Shown piece by piece: positions 24,871 to 37,100 of a stretch of DNA of 64,000 nucleotides (positions are counted from its first letter, which is position 1; each line of letters starts with the position of its first letter). Below the pieces are notes generated by a model. The model saw nothing but the letters and a program-made list of their open reading frames with translations, had not been told where the DNA came from and ran no database searches. A program made the translations under genes and the position numbers. Source of the DNA: Felis catus (lineage: Eukaryota); NCBI RefSeq assembly GCF_018350175.1, contig NC_058368.1, forward strand, positions 199,208,001-199,272,000, written 5' to 3'.

Positions 24871-27024
24871 CTTAAAAATCTTTTTAATTGACAGACTTTA
24901 ACTATAATAATATGTGCTTAGTAGTCATTGTAATAGATACAAATCTGTACACTAATCAGATCCTCAGTTCTTAAAATTTAGTGTTCTCGGCCCAACATAT
25001 GTCGTATATGTTGTTTAGAGAAAGCCAAGATCATTTCTTATACCTATTCTAGTGGAAGCATTAAAATTAAAAAAAACACTCAATTATTAATATGTGATAT
25101 ACTCTACACTGAAAGAAGTATTAAACATGAAACAGGAATGGAACAAAAAGCTTATTCATATATTCTTGAAAAGTGTGCCTTATGAAGCAGAGTTTTGTGA
25201 AAACAGTACACTACATACAGTTAAGGGTTCCATATCACTACCCTTTTTTAAATGTCCTCATCTCATAAAACATGAATGATATTTGCAAACTTGCAAGTGG
25301 TATTTTGAAGAGTTAGAATTAGTACAGACTAGGTCACATAAAATTAGAAAGCCTGAACACAGAAACAGAATCAAAGTTTGCTAGTCTCAAATTCTGAGGT
25401 CTGCATTCTCCTTCCCTTTGCTCTAATTCTGTTTCTCGAAATACATGATTTAAAGAGGAAAAAAAAAAGTGTCACCAAAAGATATTACTATTTTTTTCAC
25501 TTCCTCTCACCCCTGCCTTCTTTAAGAATTTACTGTAAGATGATGAACATGAGGCTTTAACAAGTTTAAAGCAGATATTTGGATGAATTCTTAAGTTTTG
25601 AAATTATCTGGTAGGTAGGCCAATTAAAAAAACAGTAACTAAAAAACAAAATACTCTTTCTACTACCAAAGAAACAACCACCAAGCAACCCGCCTATATT
25701 CAAACACAGGATATAAAACATCATATATCTACATATTCTGACATAAACACTGATGATTCTTTTCAATTATATTCAAAGGAATAAAATTAGACAAGCAATT
25801 TCCAAGGAGATAACATACAGCTTATGCACCTTTAATTCGTTAAAGAAAAATAGGTAATTTTCACATATAAATTATATAATCTCTAAAATATGACCCCAAA
25901 AATCTTAATTAAAATCCAAACAAATAAAATATTATCAATTCTACTTTATTGAGAGCCAGAGCTCCTACATAATAACATGCAAGAATTTTAAATTCGTGAA
26001 AGCAAGTGTCAAGTACTACACAAAATTTCCATACACAGCAGGTAGTAAAGCAAGAAAAGAACTGACACAGTTACTCTCCTTAAAAGAGACATACAATGGA
26101 GAACTGTTATACAGCGCTAGCATACTACAGATCTATGCATTAAAGATGTTGTGGCTATTAACAGTTTAAACCTTTACTGTATTTTGCTAATTGGTACATA
26201 GAACTTTAAAGCTTTTGAAAGATAAAACATTCCAGTCATTTCAATTCTCCAGCATTGTTCAAGTATTCCAAGTAGGAACAAAGAGGAAAATAAATCAGCT
26301 TTAATTGCTGAAGAATCACAGATAATAGAGATGGCTGAATACTGTAGAGGAAAGATCTTTTGTTCCTTAAACAATTTTAATATAGAAAGATCATTCTCTA
26401 TTTTAAATTTAAATGGTTCCTGTCTGCATATAAAAACTACTATTAACATCCATTTCCTCTGTAAGTACTTAATAAGTACAAGTTTCATATAGCTTGATAA
26501 TATAATATCTGAAAGTAACTTATTTTAATTGGGAGTATATTTTAGACAACAAAGTTCTGTACTTAATATAATTTTATTTAAAATAACCATATAAATGATC
26601 TGGCTTGTTTTAATCAATATTCAATATTAAATGTAAGAGTTAACTGAAGTTGTTTTAAAATTAATGATATTATTAATGAGTAGAAATATTTTTATTTTAA
26701 ATGATCAATGTATTCTATTTAAATTTCCAGTAATTTAAGAGCATGTTTTATCTATCAACACAAAACTAAGTCATTTTAATATTAGTCCACATACTAAGGT
26801 ATATATGTCATGCAATACGAATACTAAATGCGGTTTAATAGCCTTCTAAACATTTAAGCAATCATTTACGTGATTAATATTCTTGGTACAAAGTACATTC
26901 ACTGATTAACCTATCCCAAAAGTGTAGGAACAACATTTACTTCTAAGCCATACCAAATCTTAACATTTTTCATTACTTGAGTTTTTCATATTTCTCAAAA
27001 TTAGTATCTTTTCCCCTCCCTTTC

Positions 27025-27045
27025 TTCTCTCTCTCTCTCCCTCTC

Positions 27046-27091
<46 letters not shown>

Positions 27092-27094
27092 GCG

Positions 27095-27144
<50 letters not shown>
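27025..27144. repeat. Compound (CT)n-(CA)n microsatellite with a central CG/CA interruption
   Basis: Read directly from the sequence. Confidence 0.97.
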
Positions 27145-27150
<6 letters not shown>

Positions 27151-28922
27151 GAAAAAAGGCAAACTAAAGAATGGCTATTTCACTATAAAATTTACACTTC
27201 CAAAATCATTAGTCATTACTTCTTGAGAATTTTAAGCAATAATATTGCTACAATTTTAAAGGCTATTCATCAATCTTTTTCAGTAGCTCATGGATAGTGT
27301 GAAACCACAGAGAGAAGTACATTGTAAAAAAAAACAACAACACTATAGTTGTTTTTAAAACATAAAACTATATTGGAAACTAACATATATATTTAGTCAG
27401 TGCTTTTTCTCTTTTTATTTTAATAGTCTCATCTAAATACAAAAATATAAATAAGCATCTGTAGACTAAAAAACATGAAGAAACATTACTCCATATTTAG
27501 TGAAAGTCTTAAAGAAAAAAAACCTCACATGCTAAACTGCCACCATGGAAGGTTCTCAAAGGCTGCTATTCTTTGATGTAAAATGAAATACTACTTAGTG
27601 AATAAAACATAAAAAACTCCTGTCTACCCTTCAAAGAGACATATCCTTTGACCCAGTGCTTCAGACTAAAGCCTTGAAATTTTTGCACAAGAATGCTGCG
27701 TGAGGAAAGTCCAGACAAAACAGACACTTGAGATGCTAGAAGGCTGTATAACCCCAATTGCAGACACTAGTCCTTCCAATAATCTAGCAGAGATAGTGCT
27801 GCCATGCACCAGAAGTAATCTCACCAAAAGAAAACTGCCCTCCCCCACCCCTACCAAAAAAGCAAGCAGTCAAAGCAAATGTAAGCCTTTAACTTAGGTT
27901 TATCTTTTTGTGCAGGTCACCTCTTAATGACTCATTTTTATTTCAAGTTTGCAGACTTATAAGAAGTTTTCATCTATAAACTGTTAGTACATCAGGAGGT
28001 GAAAACAACATAAAACAAATACTTGTGTAGCAAACATAATTGTTTTATTTCTGAAGGCTTGAAAAATCACTCATTTTTACAAATTTCTTAGAGCGAGTTC
28101 AAGCAATGAAAAAATTTCAAACCTATTAAAGTGACAAAAAATTCTATTAAATAGCTTGTTGCTGTTTGCAGACATTCTAAAACGGCAATATTATCATGCA
28201 GTTGATTGAGTGTGCTGCTAATACCATGTGCTTAATCAAATAGCAATTACATATTGCAAATATCAGCAAGTAACAAAGCTTTAACTGCTGTGTTATTGCT
28301 CTTTGGAAGAAACCCTCAGGTAGTAAAACAACAAACTGGTAACATTCAAACAGTGACTCTACATGCACGTGTTATTTTTAAAGATATAAATACAGACTAC
28401 TTAAAATTTCTAAAACATTAGGATTTTACATTAATAGTGTGTATTGTAATTTATCAAGTAAAAGCTTAGAAATGACAGCCATCCTCCTCACCCCACCGAT
28501 TTGAGGCTGTATTACAGACTGCTAAATAAAGTTTCCTTTTTCATATGCATTTGTGTTGAGGATGCACGTATAACTAACCATAATACCTTTGTAAAATTTA
28601 AAACAGGTGGTGCTTAATAGGTTTTAACCAAAATAAGCATCTAAAAGAAAACAAGCCACTCAAATTTACACATGTGCCTGGCACACTAAGTGTCCAATAA
28701 GTATTTATTGAATAAAGAAAACTGAAGGAAAGGTGGAAGCCAACTTAATTTTACAGAATATACTAATGTATAAGCTATTAAAGCTCATTTCACTTCTATT
28801 AATAAATTGAAATAATTCTTACATATTATGAAAGTATTTTCTTTCTGTATTAAAATTTTAACTATAGAAGTAGGTAGTTAATACAATTCTGACAACCAGG
28901 AATTAGTATTTAAAAGAGGTAA

Positions 28923-29306
28923 TACTCGGCAATCAAAAAAGAATGAAATCTTGCCATTTGCAACTACGTGGATGGAACTAGAGGGTATTATGTTAAGTGA
29001 AATTAGTCAGAGAAAAACAGGTATCATATGACTTCACTCATATGAGGACTTTAAGTCACAGAACAGATGAACACAAGGGAAGGGAAGCAAAAATAATATA
29101 AAAACAGGGACGGGGACAAAACATAAGAGACTCTTAAATATGGAGAACAGAGGGCTGCTGGAGGGGTGGTGGGAGGGGGGATGGGCTATAAATGGGTAAG
29201 GAGCATTAAGGTATCTACCCTTGAAACCACTATTGCACTATATGCTAAGTAACTTGGATGTAAATTTAAAAAATTGAAAAAAAATCAGAATTATCTGGGG
29301 AAAAAA
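28923..29306 (+). mobile_element. 5'-truncated felid-type L1 (end of ORF2 plus 3' UTR)
   Basis: aagaatgaaatcttgccatttgcaactacgtggatggaactagaggg; exact 13-bp TSD ttaaaagaggtaa at 28910-28922 and 29307-29319. Confidence 0.93.
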
Positions 29307-30379
29307 TTAAAAGAGGTAAGAAAAGTAATAAAAATAATAAAAAATACACCTATGAAGGCTTAATGTATGCTTTGGTTATTTTGTGAGGGAGCACCTCCAC
29401 AAAATCTTTAAAGAGTACTGAAAATTTAACTTCTTTTTTACATTCCAAGTAAATACAGAAAGACAGCACGTTGATGGGACTTGGGTTTTCATCAAATGTA
29501 CTGAAAGGAGATGGGAGGTGAGGTGGCATAAAACACGAAGAGTCACTCTCTTAATAAAGCACAAAGGCAAAGACATTCTCCCCCAACCTCCATGGCACAG
29601 CAACTCCTGCAACAAAAACAAAGGGTCAAACAACCATGTGCAAGCTTTCCGTATTATTTGTAGGAAGTATCTCATATTTAGAAATAATAATGATGCAACC
29701 CAGAAAAAGGCTTTTTTTTTTAAACAGTGTACTTCTACATAAATTGACAAGATTATTTTTAAATGCTGCCATCTACTCTTCTTATATTTAAATTTTTACT
29801 AATTCATTTATTAGTAAATGAAAAAGATAACAGTTTATACACAACGAACAAGAAAGACATTCTTAAGATTGACCGATTAGAAACTTACCATGTGCCCTGG
29901 TATAAAATTTATTATTAACAGTAATCCAGGAATTACAACTTCATTCTCTGAAGATTTGTCTCTAATGATGGCAACACTGTGTAGTTGTAAAATTACTGAA
30001 TACCTTCTTTACATTAGAAAATGCCACTTTCCCCTCTACTTTCTATGTCTTAAAAATAAACAGGAAACATGTTATCAATATACAATTGATGCCCAGAATA
30101 AAACACTTTATTAAATTCTGCCTGGCAGATGTGATAGCAAAAAAAAGAAGAAAAAAATTAAGCTTCACTTGGGAACATGCTGTTTGAGCTCATCTAAGAA
30201 TATTAGTTGAAAATAAAAACAGCATATATTTAAGATGAAAGAAATATGACTTGATAACAGTACAAATAAAAAAGGATCTGAGTTTTAGTTCTCCATGAAA
30301 TCCACATTAAGGAAGAAGTATGAGAACCTAAATTTTGAGTTTCCTTACTAGAACTGCTAAGACTAAAAGGAATAGGGAT

Positions 30380-30555
30380 AATCCCTGCCATACCTTGCAC
30401 CATACATCTGGAGTATCATAAGAAATCTTGGCAGCAACATTTAAAAGGGATTCGGTCAAACTGGAAAGTAATCAAGATGATGAATTAACTGGAACTCATG
30501 TGAAAGGAATCAAAGCCCTCAGGATGTTTAACCCAGAAAAGACTTAGGATATGAT
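30380..30555 (+). mobile_element. L3/CR1 fragment (resumes at ~32280-32415)
   Basis: cacatctggagtat...catttaaaaggga...caaactgga...ggatgtttaaccc; after the transposon agctgttttca...aaggctgtcatgt...gggcagac...accaatgg. Confidence 0.65.
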
Positions 30556-30664
30556 TATTTTGGTCTCAGGACTCCTTTATATATTTAAAATTACTGAGAC
30601 CCCAACGAGGTCTCACTTATGTGAAATGTATCTAGATATTCACCATAAAAAAAATTAAAATGGA

Positions 30665-30885
30665 GGGGCACCTGGGTGGCTCAGTAGGTTGGGCATCGGA
30701 GGTCGGCTCACGTCGGCTCACGTCTGATCTGTTTGTGGGTTCGAGCCCAGCAATGGGCTCTGGGCTAACAGCTCAAAGCCTAGAGCCTGCTTCAGATTCT
30801 GTGTCCATCTCTCTCTGACCCTCCTCTGCTCATGCTCTGTGTTGTCTCTCTCAAAAATGAATAAACATTTAAAAAAAAAGTTTTT
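30665..30885 (+). mobile_element. CAN-SINE
   Basis: TSD aattaaaatggag; internal gtcggctcac duplication. Confidence 0.92.
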
Positions 30886-30906
30886 TAATTAAAATGGAGA
30901 AAAATA

Positions 30907-31123
30907 GGGGTGCCTGGGTGGCTCAGTCGGTTAAGCGGCCGACTTCGGCTCAGGTCATGATCTTGTGGTCCATGAGATCAAGCCCCGTGTCGGGCTCTGT
31001 GCTGACAGCTCAGAGCCTGGAGCCTGTTTCAGATTCTGTGTCTCCCTCTCTCTGACCCTCCCTGTTCATGCTCTGTCTCTCCCTGTCTCAAAAATAAATA
31101 AAACGTTAAAAAAATAAATAAAT
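30907..31123 (+). mobile_element. CAN-SINE
   Basis: Exact TSD aaaatggagaaaaata. Confidence 0.96.
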
Positions 31124-32438
31124 AAAATGGAGAAAAATATATACTTAATTTAAAATAAACTGAATACATACTTACATAAATAACATTATAATGAAAAATA
31201 ACTACCTTTTCAAAAACTAAGAGTTGCAATGATTTGCATTTTTTAAAATCTCTAATATCCAGCTTAATAAAAGACAGCTAAATTCTAACATCCGCTCCTA
31301 ATTCAAACTGTTGCACTAAGTTGTCTTGGTTTCAATAAATGAAGAAAATTTATCCTCAAATATGTAATTAGAAAAGCGAGCAATATTTTAATAGCTTTAA
31401 TATTTTTTCACTTAGTTACATTAAATTCATTATTCTTTCCTGCACTTTACATGAAACTTTTACCCACGCATGATTTTATAAAATCATACACTGGCCATAT
31501 GGAAAATACTATTTCATAGAAGTATGCAGATCTTCCAAATGTTAGCATATTTCATTACATAATATTTTAAAAATCACATTCATTAACACTACCACCAATC
31601 CTATTAGAACACTCTTTAAGTAATGGAAAGATGTCAAGCTCAATCAGATCAGTGGCAGAATCAAGTTCTACAAAAATTCTAATTTTCATTTGAAAGCTTG
31701 AAGTTTATCATGGGCAACACTTTGTTGAAGTTAGCTTTTGAGAAAATGTCTGCCATGTACTGAAGACTAAAAAACCATAGTTCATCTGTCATCTGTTGCT
31801 GTTTTTTTACTTAAAAGGTGTTCCATGAAAAAAGTGGCTAGGTTCAGTTTGCAAAAGCAACTCAACCATACAGGTGCTTTGCCTTGAGACAACTTAGGTA
31901 TACAGCAGAAGTGTTTTATGCGTACGACTTGTTTTGTTACATGGAACACAAAAAGATGTGTATGTAAAAGAAAAAAAAGAGCTGCATTTGCAGCATTGAA
32001 ATTTTTTAATTAAAATTTTTTGCTGATTAATCAAGGACACTAAGTCAAACTCGTTGTTTTTTTTAATCTCGAATGCAAGAAAGTGAATAAAATGACTAGT
32101 ACCACAGATGTAACACAACTGCTTCTGTATCTTAAGTGTCAGTGTCAACACAGTGAAAAGGGAAAATATAATCTGTGTATAGTTATAAAAATAGTTTGAT
32201 TTGTGGACTCTTAAGGGTCTTGGGCTACTCCCCATCCCCACCCTGCCCAGACCACTCTTTGAGAACCACAGATTTAGGATGGCCAGAGCTGTTTTCATGT
32301 ATACAGAAGGCTGTCATGTAAAAAAAATGGCATGTCCTATATAATAGGGCAGACCTTGAACCAATGGATATTAGTTAGAAAGAAGTATATTAGCACCAAA
32401 TTAAGAAACACTCTTTCTCTGTTTTAAAAAACTGAGAT

Positions 32439-32680
32439 GGGGGCGCCTGGGTGGCGCAGTCGGTTGAGCGTCCGACTTCAGCCAGGTCATGATCTCGCGG
32501 TCCGTGAGTTCGAGCCCCGCGTCAGGCTCTGGGCTGATGGCTCGGAGCCTGGAGCCTGTTTCCGATTCTGTGTCTCCCTCTCTCTCTGCCCCTCCCCCGT
32601 TCATGCTCTGTCTCTCTCTGTCCCAAAAATAAATAAAAAACGTTGAAAAAAAAATTTTAAAAAAAATTAAAAAAAAAAAA
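32439..32680 (+). mobile_element. Young Felis-type SINE (SINEC_Fc-like)
   Basis: CpG-rich, long A-tail, TSD aaaactgagat. Confidence 0.97.
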
Positions 32681-32691
32681 AAAACTGAGAT

Positions 32692-32905
32692 GGGGCACCT
32701 GGGTGGCTCAGTCGGTTAAACGTCCAACTTCGGCTCAGGTCACCATCTCACAGTTCATGAGTTTGAGCCCCATGTTGGGCTCTGTGCTGACAGCTCAGAA
32801 CCTGGAGCCTGCTTCAGTTTCTGTGTTTCCCCCTCTCTCTGCCCCTCCCCCGCTTGTGAGCACAAGTGTGCTCTCTCTCTCTCTCTACTCAAAAATAAAT
32901 ATTTT
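32692..32905 (+). mobile_element. CAN-SINE
   Basis: Directly follows the young SINE and shares the TSD aaaactgagat. Confidence 0.95.
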
Positions 32906-32914
32906 TTTTTAAAA

Positions 32915-34170
32915 CTGAGATACAATTTATAAACAATAAAATTAATCCTTTGAAGTGTTCAGTTACATGGGTTTTTTTAAACAAATGAATATAAATAAGG
33001 ATTTTTAAAAAAGAACACCATAATCAACATATAGAATAGTTACATCACCCCATTCAAATTTCCTAATGCCCTTTTTAGTGTATTCCTCCTCCAACACCCA
33101 ACCTTGACAACCAATGATCAATTTTTTGTCCCTAGAGTTTTGCCTGTTCTAGAATGTCAAATAAATGGAATCACACAGTAGGCAGCCTGTGAGTCTGGCT
33201 CCTTTTACTTAACATAATGCACTAGAGATTCACCCACATTTGCTACTAATTGGTGAGTAAAAGTCTATTGTATAGGTATACTGAAGTATAGTTGGGGTGT
33301 TTCTAGTTGTTGGAATTATAAATAAAGCTATTAAAAACATTTGCATGAAGGATTTTATATGAACGTAAGATTTCATTTCACTTGAGTAAACACTGAGAAG
33401 TGGGACTGCTGGGTTATATGATAAGTACATATTTAACTTTGTAAGAAACTACCACACGGTTTTTCCAAAACGGCTGTACCATTTTGCATTCCCACCAACA
33501 CTGCATGCGAGTTCCAGTAGCCCTGCATCCTCGCTAGCACTTGGTATGGTCAATTTTTTAAAGCCATTCAATGTATACTGTATGGTGTATATCACGGTAT
33601 AGTGGTATCTCACTGTAGTTTTTTTTTTTTTAATGTTTTGTTTATTTATTTATCTTAGAGAGACAGAAGCAGAGAGAAAGCGAGACAGAGAATCCCAAGC
33701 AGGCTCTGCTCATTCAGCACGGAGCCTGACACAGGGCTCAAACTCACCAACCATGAGATCCTGTAGTTGTAAATGTTGTTTAGTGTCTGGATACAACTCC
33801 TCTATCAGGTATGTTTTGTAAATATTTTCTCCTAGTCTTTGCCTTGTCTTTTCTGTCTCTTAACAATGTCTTTCAAAAAGCAGAAATTTCTAATTGTAAG
33901 GAAACACAAATTCATAATTTTTTTAAAAATGGATTTAGTTGGTATCTATAAAATATATGCCTAACACAAAGTTATAGAGAGCTTCTCCTACATTGTTTTC
34001 TAGAAGTTTTAAAATTTCTAGTTTTACATTTAGAACTACGAGTTTACATTTAGAAGTTTGAGTTACTTTTTGCATATGGTACACAGTATAGATAAAGGTT
34101 TTTGTTTTGTTTTGCATTTGGGTATACAATTGTTCCACCTTCATTTGTTGTAAAGACTATTTTTTCTCAG
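32915..34170 (-). mobile_element. L1 3' portion, with a partial SINE at ~33620-33760
   Basis: ggctgtaccattttgcattcccaccaaca; ttctagaatgtcaaataaatggaatcacacagta. Confidence 0.88.
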
Positions 34171-34922
34171 TAATAAATCGCTTTCTAATAATTATGGCTG
34201 ATGAGTAATATAAAGAGTAACCTCAAAAGAAATGAGAACCAGTTAACTGGAAATTTTTAAAACAGAAGTTTCAGAACAAGTTGTTTGGTCTAATAAAAAG
34301 GACAGAAGATTAAATTATCTTTCCAAATCTCACTCTATGAAGTTACCCAAGAAGGCAGTCTTGGGGAAAGTTTACAAGTCTTCCTTCATGTTCCCAACCC
34401 TTACCCTCCAACAGTTCAGCTTTTATCTAGTTAATTACTTACTGGATTTCCCCATACAATTTATCTTGAATAAAAGGTTGAACAATCTTTCAAACAAGAA
34501 ATAATTGGATTCAGTAATAAAACTAGGTAACATTTAAAGTTATCCTCTGGTTTTAAATTCCCAGGATCCATTTTACAATAACCACAAAAATTTATCCTCA
34601 ACTAAGCTTAGTCCATATGCTAAAGCCCTCGGCTATAATAGGTTATCACCTGTATTAATTTTAATACATTATATAAGAATATCCAATAGAAATCATGATA
34701 ATGGCCAATTAGCTTACCTTACATTAAGATTTTAGCTTTCATCCAATTTCGGGTACAAATATAACAGTAATCTTGTGTTGAGCAGTTAACGAAGATGGTA
34801 TACTTAGCTAATAAATTGGTTTACATTACATATCATGTTAAAATGCTGCTTCCACATCTCCTTCTAAAATACTTACATTTACTTAACATTTTTGAAATAT
34901 TCTTATCATTAATGTTAATATA

Positions 34923-35550
34923 CAGAAGATCCCCCACCCCCACACCACCCTATCTACAGTTTTGCTTTCTGCAGTTTCAGTTACCTACAGTCAACCACAG
35001 TCCGAAAGCTAGTGATGCTCAGGGCGCCTGGGTGGCTCAGTGAGTTAAGCATCTGACTCGGTTTCGGCTGAGGTCATGCTTCACAGTTCCTGAGATTGAG
35101 ACCTGCATGCGACTCTGTGCTGACAGCACGGATCCCGCTTGGGATTCTCTCTCTCCCCCTCTCTCTGCCCCTCCCCTGCTTGTACTAACATAAAAGAAGA
35201 AGAAAGAAGAAGGAGAAAGCTAGTGATTGTCCTTCTGACATATCTAAAGGTCAATGTTAGCCAAATGCTACATCACAAAGCCTGTATCATTCACCTGACT
35301 TCATCTCACCACGTAAGCATTTTGTCATCTCACATCATCACAAGAGAGAGAGACCACATTCACATAACTTTTATTAGTATATTGTTACAATTGTTCTATT
35401 TTATTATTGTTGTTGTTAATTTCTTACTGTGCCTAATTTGTAAGTTAAACTTTATCATAGGTATGTATGTATAGGAAAAACATAGCATATATAGCATATA
35501 TGGTATTATCCATAGTTTCAGACATGTACTGTGGGTCTTGGAATGAATCC
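34923..35550 (+). mobile_element. MER44-like (Tigger7-derived) DNA transposon, split by a SINE
   Basis: gtttcagttacctacagtcaaccacagtccgaa; gagagaccacattcacataacttttatta; ttaaactttatcataggtatgtatgtatagga. Confidence 0.85.
35021..35215 (+). mobile_element. CAN-SINE within MER44
   Basis: Exact TSD gaaagctagtgat. Confidence 0.93.
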
Positions 35551-36329
35551 TTCTTATTCAAAATGCATATATAATCAAGTCCAATTGCTCAATATTTCTG
35601 GAAGTACCCTTCAGTCAGTGGTCATGTCATTACTCTATCAACTGAAACATCTAGTAATGTGTAGGAACAAGACTGAAACCCCTATCAGCGTTATGCTACC
35701 TATTTGAGTATTTAATACAGCATTTTAATATAAACCTAAATCAATGGCTAAACCTCAGGTTTGAAAATTACCTATAGGTTTGAATTATCTGTTCAAATAT
35801 TACTTCAATAGCTATGAATAATTTATGTGTAAGACTTGAATTGATTTCAGCTGGAATACCATACTGACATTTTCACTAATACACTTCAAGACATAACAAA
35901 GCTGAGAAAAATCTACACAGGGCAACAAGATTCATTGAAAGTATGCAACTGATATGAGATAAAAAATGCAAAACTCAAAGCGGTCTGTAAACCTCTCTGG
36001 TAGGATTCACAGCATCTTGTTTAGAACAACAGATTGCTACCTCACTTACTCATTCTTCAAACTAGAAAGAAGAGAACTCAGAAGCATTACTAATAAACTC
36101 TATAAAATTTGAAAATTTATTGTAGAGAGTAAACCCCATAATATTAGAACAAGAAGCCAGTCTCTTGGTGCTTAAAAGATAGTCATTGGAAAAATTCAAG
36201 CAGTACCATCGTTAATTAATGAACCCATGACATGGGTAATTCATCCTCCTCTCACACATACCTCTCTCACTTCTTTTATACTTGACTAAGCAAGTGGTGT
36301 TCGACTAATATTTGAAGAATAAGTAGACG

Positions 36330-36790
36330 GCCCCTGGTTGAAGAACTAAGGGATTGGTGAAAACCATCTAGGCAGAATGAACTGGAATGTGAATGCCCCA
36401 AAACAGGAAAACAAGTTCCAGGCTTGGTGTGGCTAGAGCACAGAGTATAAAAGACAGTGGTACAAAATAAACCTCGAGGGGAAGGCAGGCCTTAAATCAT
36501 GCAAGACCTCAAGAACCATGTAAGGATTTTAATGTTAACTTCTAGGTCAGTAAGAAAACCAATGGATTTTACACACAAGAAGTGACAAAAACAGCAGTTA
36601 AAAAAGTCTGTTCTGATGATCCTTTGGAAAATGAATTAAAGGAAGATTGAAATATCTATAGAGATCAATTTAAAAACTACTGTAGCAATCTAAGTGAAAG
36701 ATGATGCTGGCCTAGACCAGGATGATGGCAATGTCAGCAAGCAGATAGAGAAAGTTTAAAGATAAAACCAACCAGCCTTAAGCCTGACAT
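36330..36790 (-). mobile_element. L2 fragment
   Basis: gtgtggctagagcacagag; ccatgtaaggatttt; gatgatgctggcctagaccagg. Confidence 0.7.
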
Positions 36791-36915
36791 GTGAGTTTTC
36801 CAAACTATCCGTCCCTTGTCTGTTAACTCATTTGTTTATGTATCTGTTAATATCTCTAATGGTATAAATGGTGTTTAGATCATTGTTAAGTGTGACCTAT
36901 TATTTAAATTATGCT

Positions 36916-37100
36916 GGGGTGCCTGGGTGGCTCAGTCTGTTAAGCAACTCAGGTCATGGTCTCACAATCATGAGATCAAGCCCTAAGTTGGACTCCGCAC
37001 TGATCATGGAACCTGCCTGGGACTCTCTCTGCCCTTACTCTGCTCCGGTGCATGCTCTCTCTCTCTCTCTCTCTTTCAAAATAAACGTTTAAAAAAATGA
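36916..37100 (+). mobile_element. CAN-SINE
   Basis: Head, linker and tail; TSD aaattatgct/aaattttgct. Confidence 0.9.

Larger units (their letters stand above)
30557..32270 (-). mobile_element. hAT DNA transposon, Charlie1a-like (decayed transposase), containing two SINEs
   Basis: Minus-strand terminus ctgtggttctcaaagagtggtc; internal acgcataaaacacttctgctgtatacc (THKTLLLYT); other end ttttggtctcaggactccttta. Confidence 0.85.

Noticed and set aside
31894..32298. 134-aa ORF as a domesticated hAT transposase
   Set aside because: Only the last few residues (THKTLLLYT) are in the transposase frame; the element is frameshifted and interrupted.
34718..34807. Second cryptic exon candidate (minus-strand donor AAG|gtaagc)
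   Set aside because: The donor is strong, but the upstream acceptors lack a usable polypyrimidine tract.
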